Origin: Tubiluchus corallicola
Lineage: Eukaryota > Animalia > Priapulida
Assembly (NCBI GenBank): GCA_030141605.1
Contig: JAQGDQ010000065.1
Location: 248,001-312,000, forward strand
Reading direction: 5' to 3'
Length of the DNA: 64,000 bases
The position numbers and the translations under genes were made by a program. Shown piece by piece: positions 27,301-40,414 of this stretch (positions within the stretch are counted from its first letter, which is position 1; each line of letters starts with the position of its first letter). The notes below the pieces were generated by a model. That model was not told where the DNA came from and did not search any database. It was given only the letters and a program-made list of their open reading frames with translations.

Positions 27301-30300
27301 CTCTAGAATATTATTCTGAACACAAACAATCAGTTACCACTACGATTAAAAATAAATTTCACTGTTTTTTTCTGTACATGCATGCAACCCCTTAAAGTTT
27401 CAGGTTTCCTTTTGCATTTAAAGGAATGGAAGGTCAATTACATTGAAGTAATAGCTGGTGGAAAATTGGGAGAAATATTCAAAATGTGGGGAAAGGGAAG
27501 ATACCATTAAACTCCCAGGAGGGTTGAAATGTCTTACTTCTAACCTAGATGAAACAAGATTTTCATGAAATTTAGCTAAAAAGGTTATTACCTTAACTAC
27601 AATGCATCTAATGGAGCAGTATGACTTGATTTGCGGTACACCTATTGTTCATACAGGCTAGACTACAACATAGTTTTCATTCAGTTACAGTTTAACAAGC
27701 AAATTCAATACCTTCTTACTTGATATATTGCAAAATTATTTTTGGCTGTATAAGATGTTTTCCACTACTGTATAGTTTAAAATGTGCATTTGAATTGAAT
27801 AATGAAGTACAGTGTTTCGGTTTTTAAATGAATCATTAAACTGAAAAATAGCTGAAGTGCAAAACAATTGCACAAAGGAGAAAATTCACATCACAGTAAC
27901 TAAGGTAAATGGATACTTTACAATTATAAAATACAAAGATTTTACTAACAAACCAGCACTTAACCTAGTGAAAACAGAAACTGATACCTTTGATTAAGTC
28001 CAAAATTTCTTGAGAGAGGCTGCTTGTCTGTTCTTCTAGTAACTGTGCTGCTGTTTTGCCATTTTTATCAGTTATGGAAACGTCAATATCTGAAAAATCG
28101 TAAAGACTGTTGACAACTGATAAAACGATGTAAATGCAAGTTTTAGGGTATAAGTTACGATATTTACTTCTAGAAATGAACTGAAAGAGATTGACTAAGA
28201 GCAGTAATTGATAAAAGTAGCTTTTAGCTTTCTCAATTGCAACAGAATGCAAAAACAAAATCTTTTGTTAACAACTAATTATATGATAAAAGACGTTGAA
28301 ATAGACCATTCAGCGCGGTCTAGTATTTGACTGGACTATAAAACTGCTGTTACTTTTAATTTCACTGTTGTTATTTTGCTGATTAAATCTGAAGTATCTG
28401 AATGTCAGTTTTATAGTTCCACCTTTGTTCTGATTAAGTAATTTACCAGTCTAGTATATGACTTGACTATAAAACTGCTGTTACTTTTAATTTCACTGTT
28501 GTTATTTTGCTGATTAAATCTGAAGTATCTAAATGTCAGTTTTATAGTTCCACCTTTGTTCTGATTAAGTAATTTACCAGTCTAGTATATGACTTGACTA
28601 TAAAACTGCTGTTACTTTTAATTTCACTGTTGTTATTTTGCTGATTAAATCTGAAGTATCTAAATGTCAGTTTTATAGTTCCACCTTTGTTCTGATTAAG
28701 TAATTTACCAGTCTAGTATATGACTTGACTATAAAACTGCTGTTACTTTTAATTTCACCGTTGTTATTTTGCTGATTAAATCTGAAGTATCTAAATGTCA
28801 GTTTTATAGTTCCACCTTTGTTCTGATTAAGTAATTTACATGTACACACAAGTATTACACCGGTGACATAGATTCACCTAGCCTAACCAAATAAACAATT
28901 ATTTGATTGTTTTATTTGGCAAATTCAGTGTATTTGCTGAACACAGTATTTTTTGCTAACATCATGACTTAATTATTCCATGGCATCACAATGAAGTGCT
29001 TTAAAGATTTTTTGTTTGATAAAATTCGATACACTATAAACTAATATTCAACAATAAAAGGTATACTTTTTACAATGAAGCTTGTGACAGGAAATAGAAA
29101 GTATACTAGAAAGTATAACTCTGCAATATTGGCTATTAAGTCGGCAAATTTGTATTATTCATAGTAAGCGGTGCATACACTTCTCCGGCTTCAAAAAGTA
29201 ATCAAGAAATGAAGGGAGTATTTGGCAGAAACAAAGTGATATGATGAATAACTAAGTAAGAACCTTTTACTGTGAGGACAATAGAACAACAGCCAGCTTT
29301 TGATAGCATACAAGTTGCACACAGCACACAGCTCTACTAACCTAACCAAGTAATAATTTACAAAAACAAAAAAATCTTACCATTCTCAAGCAGCAGCTTG
29401 ACAATTTCAACTTTACCATACAAAGCAGCTTCATGCAAAGCACTTCCAGTTTCTGTCTGAAATTCACAAATACACATTTCAAAATGATGTCATGTGATTT
29501 TTGTAAATGCACAACAATTACTAACACACTATGAAAACTGCACCAACACAAAAAAGCTGAATCTTATTGTATTTACTGAGCAACTTTTTAAACTGCAGCT
29601 AAAATGCATGAACAACACATCAAATTGGAGTTTATAGCATTTAACAGCGCACATTATATGGTACAATCCAGTCACTTATGACCAGTTTAAAAGCAGTTTT
29701 ATGAAACAGTGGCATTTCGGTGATGAAAGATCACTTATAACATTTGCGATTTGTGTATTTTCATCAACTCAAACACATGTAAGCACATGATATATCATTG
29801 TCAAATCACAGGATAATAAATATTAATAATGTCACTATTTTGCCAATGCACATTATTAGTGTTAGAAATAAGAAATACTAAACGATTTACAAAAATGAAA
29901 ACAGATAAACTACTTAAAATTTGCACTGAGCTGAAATACGAAAAGGAGATTTTGATGACATTTGTCGTCTTTAAATTTACTAGATTTGCCTTCGGATAGC
30001 AAAGACTACTTTAATTATTTTCTAAATAATACATAAAAAGAAAAGGAAAACTGCAGTAGTTCCCACACTATGCTAACCTTGGTATTGATGTTATAGCCAG
30101 CATGTAGTAAACACTCTGCAACATTCAGATGACCATTCTTAGATGCCAGATGAAGTGGTGAATGCTTAATAGTGACAATTCGTAATAACTCTGGATGTTT
30201 GCGTACTAGTAGATGAACGGTTTCCAAGCGACCATAGAGGGCAGCTAGATCTATGCAAGTTTCATCACGACAATTTGGTAGTGTTGGATCGACATCATTC

Positions 30301-33300
30301 TGAAAAAGTATAAGATAACTGACTGACAGCCATGATGATTTTTTTAGTTCAACAAACTGCAGAATTGAGTGAAATATGCAGTTAAAAGCATTAAACGTAA
30401 CACTCACTAGTTAGACTTCTCGTTCTAGTTAGCAATTGTTTGTGCTAAGAAACAAGAAATGTTCAAAGTTTGATTACAAAGTGTAGATTTCTGAATTAAC
30501 TTTTGCACAAAAAATGCTCTGCCAACCACAACTAACAATCTTGAATAACATAATATACAATAACAAACATTATGACAGCCTCATTTCAGCAGCAATGAAT
30601 GACAGATGATACATAAACAGCACACTTACAACATGCAAGACCATACTACTTATATTCATCTATTCACAATACATCAAAGCTTATGATTAATTATTAATGA
30701 TCAGGAGGCTGACACTGTTTACTTTGCAACAGCTCACTATAAACTATGCATGAGCACTATAGCTGGCAGTGTGCTTAGGGAAAGATATTTGTATAGGGAA
30801 ACAGAAAGCCTACAAAGTATATGATAATAACTGAAAAGTTCAAATAAACAAATATTAGCAAGAGTTTCTGTCACTGCTGATGGAAAAACAAAAAGTAATG
30901 TAGCTAGAGCTTGAAATGACTGATGATCTTATAGCCACAGTCCCAAATTTCTTTTCAATCCTATTGAGCTTTTTACTTGATTATTTCATTTCATGTGATT
31001 ATATGTCTATAAAAATCTTGAAACCAGCTAGACCCATGATTGTGATAGCTATAATTAAGTGAAGGATAGTTGAATGACTGATTAAATGAAAAAAATAATT
31101 GAATGAATGAATGGATGAATAAATAAATAAATAAATAAAATGAATGACTAAATAAAAAAGTGAATATACAGTGAATGAAAAAATATTTATAAATGTATGA
31201 ACAAATAAAGGACAGAAGCATCTAACTACAGCCAAAATTCGTGTTTTATCAAATTAACCAGAAACAACTACCTCTAATAATTCAGCAACTACATTCGTAT
31301 GTCCATATTGAGAAGCACAGTGGAGAGGTGTTTCACCATCACAGTTCTGTAACAAATATTTTATGCATTTTAAACATGTTGGCTATACACAAATTTCACT
31401 ATGTCATGGATAGCACTGAAGTCAAAAAATGAATGTGTTAATGTGAAATAACCTTAATTAAGCCAATTTTTATTACAGGCACATAAAAACATTTATAGTT
31501 AAAAACAACACTACTTTATTAAAATCTTTTACAATAAAAAGTTAAGAATTAAAATCATGCCAAACGTTTCAATTAGCTGCTGCTATCATCACCAGTAGTA
31601 AATTTACAAACATACAACCACTTTATATAGGCAGAGTCTATTATGCATTAAATAGTAGTTAACACAACTTTTTAATAAAGTTGTTGTTTTTAACTACAAA
31701 CCTTAATTATTTTCTACTTTGTGATATTGACAGTTAAGAATATACATGGCATGACCAAACAAAGTATTTCTTATTCTACTCTAACATACTTTTCAAGCGG
31801 TGCCATTTTGAAGGAAAATGATCTGAAATGCGAACAGACTTAATGAGACTTGCCATCATCTCATAATATGTAATTTTCTCTTCAAAATTCGCCAGATTGG
31901 CAAGCTCCATCCAACTTTAATGTCCATACCAAACACATACGATATGTTCTGTATAAATTTCAATACCCAAGTTTTAAATATTTTTAATCATTTTTATCAT
32001 AATATATTTACAAATTTTACCCTCCTGATCTCGAAGAATGCTAGTGTTTGTCATATAAGTGTTTATGTAAAATTTGTAATGTATAATTAATGTGTTTTTA
32101 ACTATTCATCCCTGGAGGAGCATCATCACCTGTACACTCCTATCTGGGACTTTGTATCTAAGAAATTTTGTTGTTTACTGCAATAAAATTTTTAATACAT
32201 ACAATCCTAAAATTCATCTTGAGAGCCAAAACAGACTTCATTAATGGCAATAATATCATTACCGAATTCGCATCCGGGTCTATTTAATTAGTGCACCGTT
32301 TTCATCTTTAAGTGTAGTAATGTTTCAGTCAAAGCAAATTTCACAATTTGCTTATATTCAAAACTGTACTTATTCCAATTTTATCAGTTCTTATTTAACA
32401 TCTTATTTCTAATTTTAACGCCTTTGTTTCCAAAGACTCTACAGTTTAGTACAACATAAGCTTATAATGTGGTCAATATACTGTACCTATCAATTAGCGC
32501 CTAGGGAAGGATAATTACTTATACCTGTTGATGGGTAATTGCCTGACAGGTTTTCAATGGGACAGGTGCGCCTGGTATGATTAATTCATTGACGAACAAT
32601 CTGTATTATAATGAGTAATTGTTACCAAAGGTTTGAAGCATGCCCAACAGTATAAAAAGGTGAGTTGCATGATTCATCATCACAGCTAAAACATTTATTA
32701 GTGATTGTGTTAAATAAGCAATTTGTCACATGTGCCAGAAAAAACGAACGAAAACACAAAGGTATTGATTTAATAAATGAGTATTGTGAATAATGAACCT
32801 CGCTAGCATTAATATCATGTCTTCCACAAATGCTTAGCGAATGTGTTAAAACATTTATCATTTCTCTGTACCGTACATCAGTTTACATCGTAAATACTAC
32901 TCACTCACACTAACTACATGTATTAGCAGTATGTTGTTAATTTTTTTCTCACTACTAATTCTAGTGGCCTAACATAAGCTGGCTTCTTAGGTCTCTAACG
33001 CAGAATTCAAGAATTATATCTTAACTTTGTTGTATTAACAAAAATGATTTATCAATGTACTTGTAACGCATAAGTAATTGTTTATCGCGAAATAAATCTA
33101 CTGAATTGAAAATGTCATCAACAGTCATGCTCAAGTAGCTAAAGTGAAAAACCAATGTTGCTTGCTTTGGTTACAAGAGTTCACATTGTGTTTTTATTTG
33201 GTGACAAGCTTGTTAAGTTAGTGGGCTACCTTGCACTGTGTAGATGTTCCCCAAACAGTTGTGTTGATTTCCTGTTTATTTAGTTTTGCAGAGCTGTAAG

Positions 33301-36300
33301 ATTTCCCACTATAACCATCGTTGACATAATATTCTATCCATTCTTATAATATCATGTTATTAAACCTAAAAACTAAGCCATAACTTCGATGAATTCCAAA
33401 AGCGGCATGCAAATTACACACAACAGCTTACCACATCAAATGTCATCAAATCGCTCAGCATCTTATTCGTGCATTCTGTATTTATAAAACTACGACACAG
33501 TCATGTCCAGTATTGTTGATTGTCTGTTCATAAATGCATCCCATTTTAGATACATAAAAGTTCATTATTACCGTGTGCTGATGCACCTATAACAATTAGT
33601 ATCTTCCAGCAATGGTTAAATAACATAATCATGTGCCTGTTGTTATGTCCAGCTACAATTTTGGTTTGTTTTATTTTACTCTCATCCGAGTCTGTCCAAC
33701 TGGGAATCTCTTTGGTTGAAAGTTGGACGTATTTCGTCTTTTCGCCCTGTGTATCTCGAGATATTATTCAGTTCTCACTTCATTGATTACCAGAATATTA
33801 TTCACTCCTATGCAATTGCTGAGCAGTAATTATAAAAGGATTACAGTTAGATTAGGATGCTTTACTCGATCCTCATGAGTGAGCTATGACTGCCAAGTCG
33901 TATAAGTAGTGCGAATCGATAAACCTGAATTACGAACATGACTGATGCTGGTTGAAATACAGAAACGGTAATTGTGAAAGAAAAAACCTTGGAAACATGG
34001 TAAATGTTGGTTTGATTATAATCAACCACTGAACCATGGGGAAACTAATAGTTAGGTTCAATAGAAGAAATAAAAATACATTATACGTTCTAGTTTAGTT
34101 TATCTTTTCCATTTTATGTAAACCTGGAATCAGCGTGACCTTCAAAAGTAGAAAACAGGAGACAAATCATTCAGTTTGCAGACTGTTCATAATCGTATAA
34201 ATAACATGGCAAATTGCAGATAAGACGACGGAGCAGACCGGTCATCAAAGCAGCAGTAAAATGATTACAAGGCACTGAAGGCAAGCAGTCAACCCCACTA
34301 AAAACAGAAGCCCCTGTCTAAAATTAAAAATCACCACAACGTTTTAAGCAAATTTAAACTTTTTAGCACACTAACAAAAAACCGACAAAGTAGTATAAAC
34401 GGTAATTAACCTAATCTAATTTAGCACAACAGCGATACACCGTGCCAACGACTTCATTACTTAAAAATTACTCTCCAATCGAGACCGCTCGTGAAAAAAG
34501 GATTTCTGACTTGTTAAAAGCCGCATACTGCACGATTGATTTTATTACGTACACATTACATTAGTCTATGTTCAAGAAAATGAACGCCAGTTCGAATAAA
34601 CGTGAATGAAATCGCGAGAAGTTTCAAGTAAATCAAAATTATTCTAATTAGTTGTAACAAAATACGCGTAAACACTCTGCAAGAAATCTACATCTGCATT
34701 AATAGTGATAGTACAGATTGTCTCGAAGGACATGACTTCATGAACTTAGAAAAAAAAGAAACCAGTGTGTGCAATACCTTTTCCTGGAACCTTTTTAATT
34801 TTCTTGGCACGTTTCGTCTATTTCCGCTATATCTGCTTGTTCTGTCTCATTTTTGTGACTAAGTACAAAGCAATTGATGAATAAACAAATGAGATACAAG
34901 TAGAAAAGGAAAGCTTTTCACATCCTGTGAGGGTAATAAGCTATTTATTTACGAGGTAATAATCACTCATGTTTATGATAAGAAAAGCGTCTACAAGCAT
35001 GCCAGAAACGCTTCTTCACATCAACTCAGTGGATATTTACGGGTATCATTGACCCGAATCACACTGACTGAAGCTCAAGGGATTTATTCTTTCAAGTTTG
35101 TGCCATGCTGAATACGGGCGCAAACTGACCTACTGGCTTCAAAGTGTGTGACTGATTACATTTACATGAACACACGCTGAAAACACTTCTCAGATCAAAA
35201 ACATAGCTGGTCACGTACCAACCAATACATTATAAAATGTGGAAGAAAAAATGGTTGTTGAAACCACAAACGGTAGCATAAAAGCTATACATACAGCATC
35301 ATAACAGAGACTATCAATTAGTTATCCATAATGGAGCAACAATCAAAGCATCACAGTCTGCATTTACCAATAATTTAGAAGCAGCAAAATCCTGACAACA
35401 CGACTGATGCCAAGTGGTTTAATTCATGAAAATTAAGTTTTTGTCAATTGTGTACTATTATGGCTGACAAGGACTAGATTCATATAATTATGTCGTTTTA
35501 AAATTGATATTTAAAATCATCCATATCATTTTCCAGTACGTTTTGCCATCATAGGTCATGGTCAGCTTGGAAAAATGTGGATGATTTATATAAATTCATG
35601 AGTTGCTTTATTGATTATTTAGAAAAATGTATACACCTTTTATCTTATGCATTCGCAATACTAAAATTCAGTTACAAATGTTAATTTCAATGTATTGCGC
35701 ATGATCCAGTGATTTCGCCATAAAAAGTTAAAACAACATCTTCTGGAAGTCATGTAAAAATTTAGATTAATTTCACGGAAGAGTAAAGCAATAATAAAAC
35801 AATAAACGCTGGTTTATGCGTTTAATGCTGCTCCTGAACTAGCATGCTAGCACGCTGCACGCTTGTCTTTTATGGCGTCTAGGATAATGGTAGACTCGTG
35901 TATCTAGCACAACTTGCAGGTTTTCCAAAAAAGTTTCATAAATTAAGGCCTGACACTGTACGCGCCAGCAATTTAAATAAAAAATCTGAATTATCGTTCG
36001 ATAGCTTTTCCTAGTAGATTTTTAATTTAATACTAGATTTAATCCAATGCTGCTAGACGTAATTCTCCACTCTCAAAAGATCAAATTTGAGAATAGGTTT
36101 TCAAAATAATTTGAAAGTTGAACAGAAAATTGTATTTATTAGTGCCTATTTCATAATTATTTATCGTAAAGATAATAGGGAAGCCACTTGTGTAGCCCTA
36201 TTGAGTGTTGTATAGTTGAATATTAAACACTGTCGCCGTTGCCACATCATTTTATCGCTAATGTTCAACAACCACTTTGCAAGATGCAGCTTAAACTTGG

Positions 36301-39300
36301 CAACACATCTGCGAAGCGTTGAAAATCACAAGAATGTAGAGTTGTTTTGGGGAGCAACCATCAATGGCTTTACCGGATTCAGTATACTAACATCCGGTTA
36401 AAATTTCACATCAATCTATCAAACCCTAACAACACGTGCTAACTACTTTAGAACAGCTTACACGTGCGAATATATTTGAGTAGTTTATTATTATCTTTTT
36501 TTCGTTCTGCACTAGTAAACTAGGTAATCTAAAAAAATTAAGCGGAAAATTGTTAATCCGAACCTCGACAGCTCAGCGCCCCTCTGCAGAAGTTTATAGA
36601 ACTATAAGAAATTATTGAATTCCAAAACATAAAATAATATGATATCCTTCTTGCGAGTACATTTTCTCAAAGTGTTTAGCCTAGACAGTTCTTACAAAAG
36701 GCATTTTCCGAAGTCTGCCGATAATCACTAATAATAGAACTAAATTCACAAGAAAGGTGTTCAATCATCTAACCCTATTCAGCACAGCAGCTAGAATTTT
36801 TTTCAGACTATAGTTGTTACATACTTAAAAGAGAATAATATGTAATAAACGTCTGACAAACAGCTTCTAAAACAAAATTTAAATTCAGGCACCAGCCACG
36901 GTGAAATAAAAATATTAAATACTAGCCATTAAAACAAAATATAATTTGTTAGTACAGACTGTACACACTGAGATTACATAAGTCAAGCAATTTGCGATTC
37001 TGTAAAGAGGCTTTTTAAAAGTTATAATGCTGAAATAAAACAGTTCAAACGTTTTGTTGTTTTTTATATCAATAATAACAATCGTGTGACTCATCTATAT
37101 ATGAGGGTTAAAACTTTGAAAATTAAGACACGAAATATGTTTTCCAATCATTAAATAACCAACTGCATATCAGTCAAAATCCACACATTTGGCCAACTGT
37201 ACCACCGACATTATTATAACCAGCATAATAAATAGGTAAACGCGAAAACTACACCAATACTATACTCACAAACTAAAAATTCGCACAAACTTGACCTCAT
37301 TGCAGTTAACGCTACAACTCACTGAAACGTTGGCACTTAGCTGTGGCTTCCCTAAGGCTCTATGAAACCAGACCCAATCAATAACATGACGCCTACAACG
37401 TACCGCATTTCTTTGCCCCCGGCCTGCAGAAAAAGAACTGCCTACACCAGATTGAAAACTAGCTTTATTGATCAAAGGGAAGAAGCCGAGAGGTTATTAT
37501 AAGGCACACGCGTGCACGGATACTTTTAATGTTTGCATTGATCCTAGAAGGTAACAAAGTTGAACAAATAATGCATAATGCAGGAAGCAGAAGGAAACAA
37601 TGAACTCTAGCGGGACAAAAGCGACATATAGAAGAGATATGACTGTCGAATAACTGAAACAAACATAATAGGCACGATGGGTACAACAGAAACAATGACT
37701 TATTATTACTATACTAATGATACTGCTATCTAGAGCATTAAATTAAACAAGTCAGATATGAGTTGAAGACCTAATGGTAAACATGCATTATTGAAAATGG
37801 CCTAGGAGGCCAATTATTAATAAAATTAGTCTACTAATAATTATTCAGCAATTAAGTGTGAAAATTGCTTATTTTCTGAACTCGTCATTGTGTTTACGCA
37901 GACTGAAATACTGCAGTTTCCGTTTATATCACCGTAAACTAGTTTATCAGTTTCCTTACAAAATGTGGTATAATACCATATTATTTTCACAACATCTACC
38001 TCAGAATCAAACATACAAGAAAGAAACACTAAAAAACTCAATACTCTTTTGTAGGAAACTAGTCAAAGGCCGGGATGGTTTCACTTCCACCCAACTACAT
38101 TAAAACAGAGTCGACTTTTAGAAAGAAGTTTTTTGAGCAACACATTTCAACGCGCGCTGTGTTACGCACCAGCATGTTAGAATGTACGTGTATCCCATTA
38201 CTCCACGGTGCACTTCATCAAAATGAGCACGCAACGCGCGTAAAAACTGTGAAATCGTTCTGGAATGGCTGTTATCCCGCTATGCCAGCATTCTAGTCAA
38301 ACTTCCGCCACAAAAAAGAAACACACGGGAAAAGCTAAAGAGTTAAAAACTTTACGCAAATAATTAAATATGACTGTTAGAAGAACAGCATGTGGTTTCA
38401 CTCACAGCGTTATTGTTGGTATTGTTGGGGTGAAGGAAATCACTTAGTATGCTTGGTCTCTTTTAAAGTTAAGCTGCACCGACCCCGGTTAGTTAATTAG
38501 ATATGTGACTGCTGGAGAAAACCAATGTGGTTTAATTTTTTTCTACAACTGCCGGCCTTTTCTCTCATTGAAAGAACGAGGTTGTGTAACATGTACGGAC
38601 ATGAACGTAGCTATTTCATTTTGGTAATATAATTTATCGCAATAGAGGATCATTTTTGATAATTAGCTACGTCCAGTACAGCCGCAGTCATTAAATGTTA
38701 TTTGGACGTCTCCGGTGAGGGATGTATACGGTTTACACAGAGGTGGGCTGTGTAAAAAATAACACGTTTATAGCTGCTTTGATGTGCAGTAGTCCATTTA
38801 AGTTTTGGAGCCCATTTCAAACAATTATAATAAAAATGAATTGTTTGTCAAAGTTAAAACTTATCACTTAGAACTTATCAGTAAAAGTAGAGATTTTTTA
38901 ATGTAAGTAATGGAATAAAATACTGAAAAGCTACTAATACAACATATAAAACAGCATACAGCAAAAATATATCAACAGTCTAATGCACATCTCCGAAGGT
39001 GATGAAAATAACTTTGATGACGGAAAGATACTTCACAATCTACAGTATAGCAAGTCCACTGATGAATGACTGACAGCATTTACAAGAGTTGTAATGGTTG
39101 TTTTTGTTGGTATTGCATACGATTCTGAAAATCACGAAGCAATTAACGTCGACAAGTGATGCAAAACAGAACAACCGTCAGTGTCGGATTACCGGATCCC
39201 TGGCTTCTTCATGTACCAACCCGGAATGTCGCATTCAGCACGCATTATATCAACAAATTCCACAAACTGGCAGAAGACGGAAAACCACTAATGGTGGTAA

Positions 39301-40341
39301 ATAACCAATTTCAGTAACACAGGGATATTATATAAGGCAGTGAGTAAATACTCAGTAAGTGATTTTAATTTTATGAAAATATAGGTTGTTTTATCGCTCG
39401 TAGCAAGCTAAAATATCAGCACCAATACATTAAGTGAAGAAAGTGAGAGAAAGTAGGGGCTGCAACATGAAACCAAAATAACAGAACTGAAAGTGAAACA
39501 CTGCTGTAGATAACCTAAGATTTGGAACTACAAATATTGATGCCTACGGATGCTGATTATCAATGATAATCCTGCTTGGTCAGAAGTGTCTGGCTCATGT
39601 TTTGTTGTATAAACATCCTTTCTTAAACCGATGCACAGCGTGACAATATTTAATGGCCAAGCTTTGTACATTAAGCAAACTTGGCATCATATCAAATGCC
39701 ACAACCAATTCTCAGCTAATTAGTGAGATGGGTAAAATTTGATGAAAGAAGTCATTTGGATTGAAACCTTATTGCCTGCTGGTTATGATCAATTTCTGCT
39801 GTTTACCAAATCCAACAATAACCAGACCGTACGTTCACCGTGATTAAACGCTAGACTCTAATTTCTTTAGCTGGTAGTCAATTTGCTGGTAGCCCTACGC
39901 GGTTTTGACCTCTTTTACTAATGCCGCTTAAGTTTGCTTTAATTTTCCATTCAGTATAATACTCGTCGGCTTGTTAGAGCTTTGGACTGCCGTCTGAGAC
40001 AGCAAATGCCGGCAGTTTGGGATCATAAACTCTGCTGGTGTTTATATTCCATTATTATCATTATTAGTGTGGGTCTTGTTATCGTTGGTTGCTTGGTCGT
40101 TCAAACATTAACCTAAACGTCAGATTATTTGTTTTGTTGTTTTGGCATACTATATCTAGCGTATTTTGCTTATTTTTAGGTAATGGTTTACATTTGTTAT
40201 GTGTATTTAATTTATAAATTGTCTAGCATGTTTTCAAAGCTACCTTCTAACTAGACTGATTTAATACGCGTACAGCAAAAACAAAAACAACATAATAATA
40301 TTTGGAAACCAAGATTCTCATTTCATCAGCATATGATTTAT

Positions 40342-40414
<73 letters not shown>

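Noticed and set aside
28318-28839. CRISPR-like repeat array
   Set aside because: Units are contiguous near-identical 131-mers with no unique spacers, in a eukaryotic intron with no cas genes
39060-40110. GC-richer intronic stretch with weak tyrosine-recombinase-like words (GFNPNDF, LRIG) on the minus strand
   Set aside because: Motifs fall in different frames with many stops; too weak to call a DIRS or Crypton element
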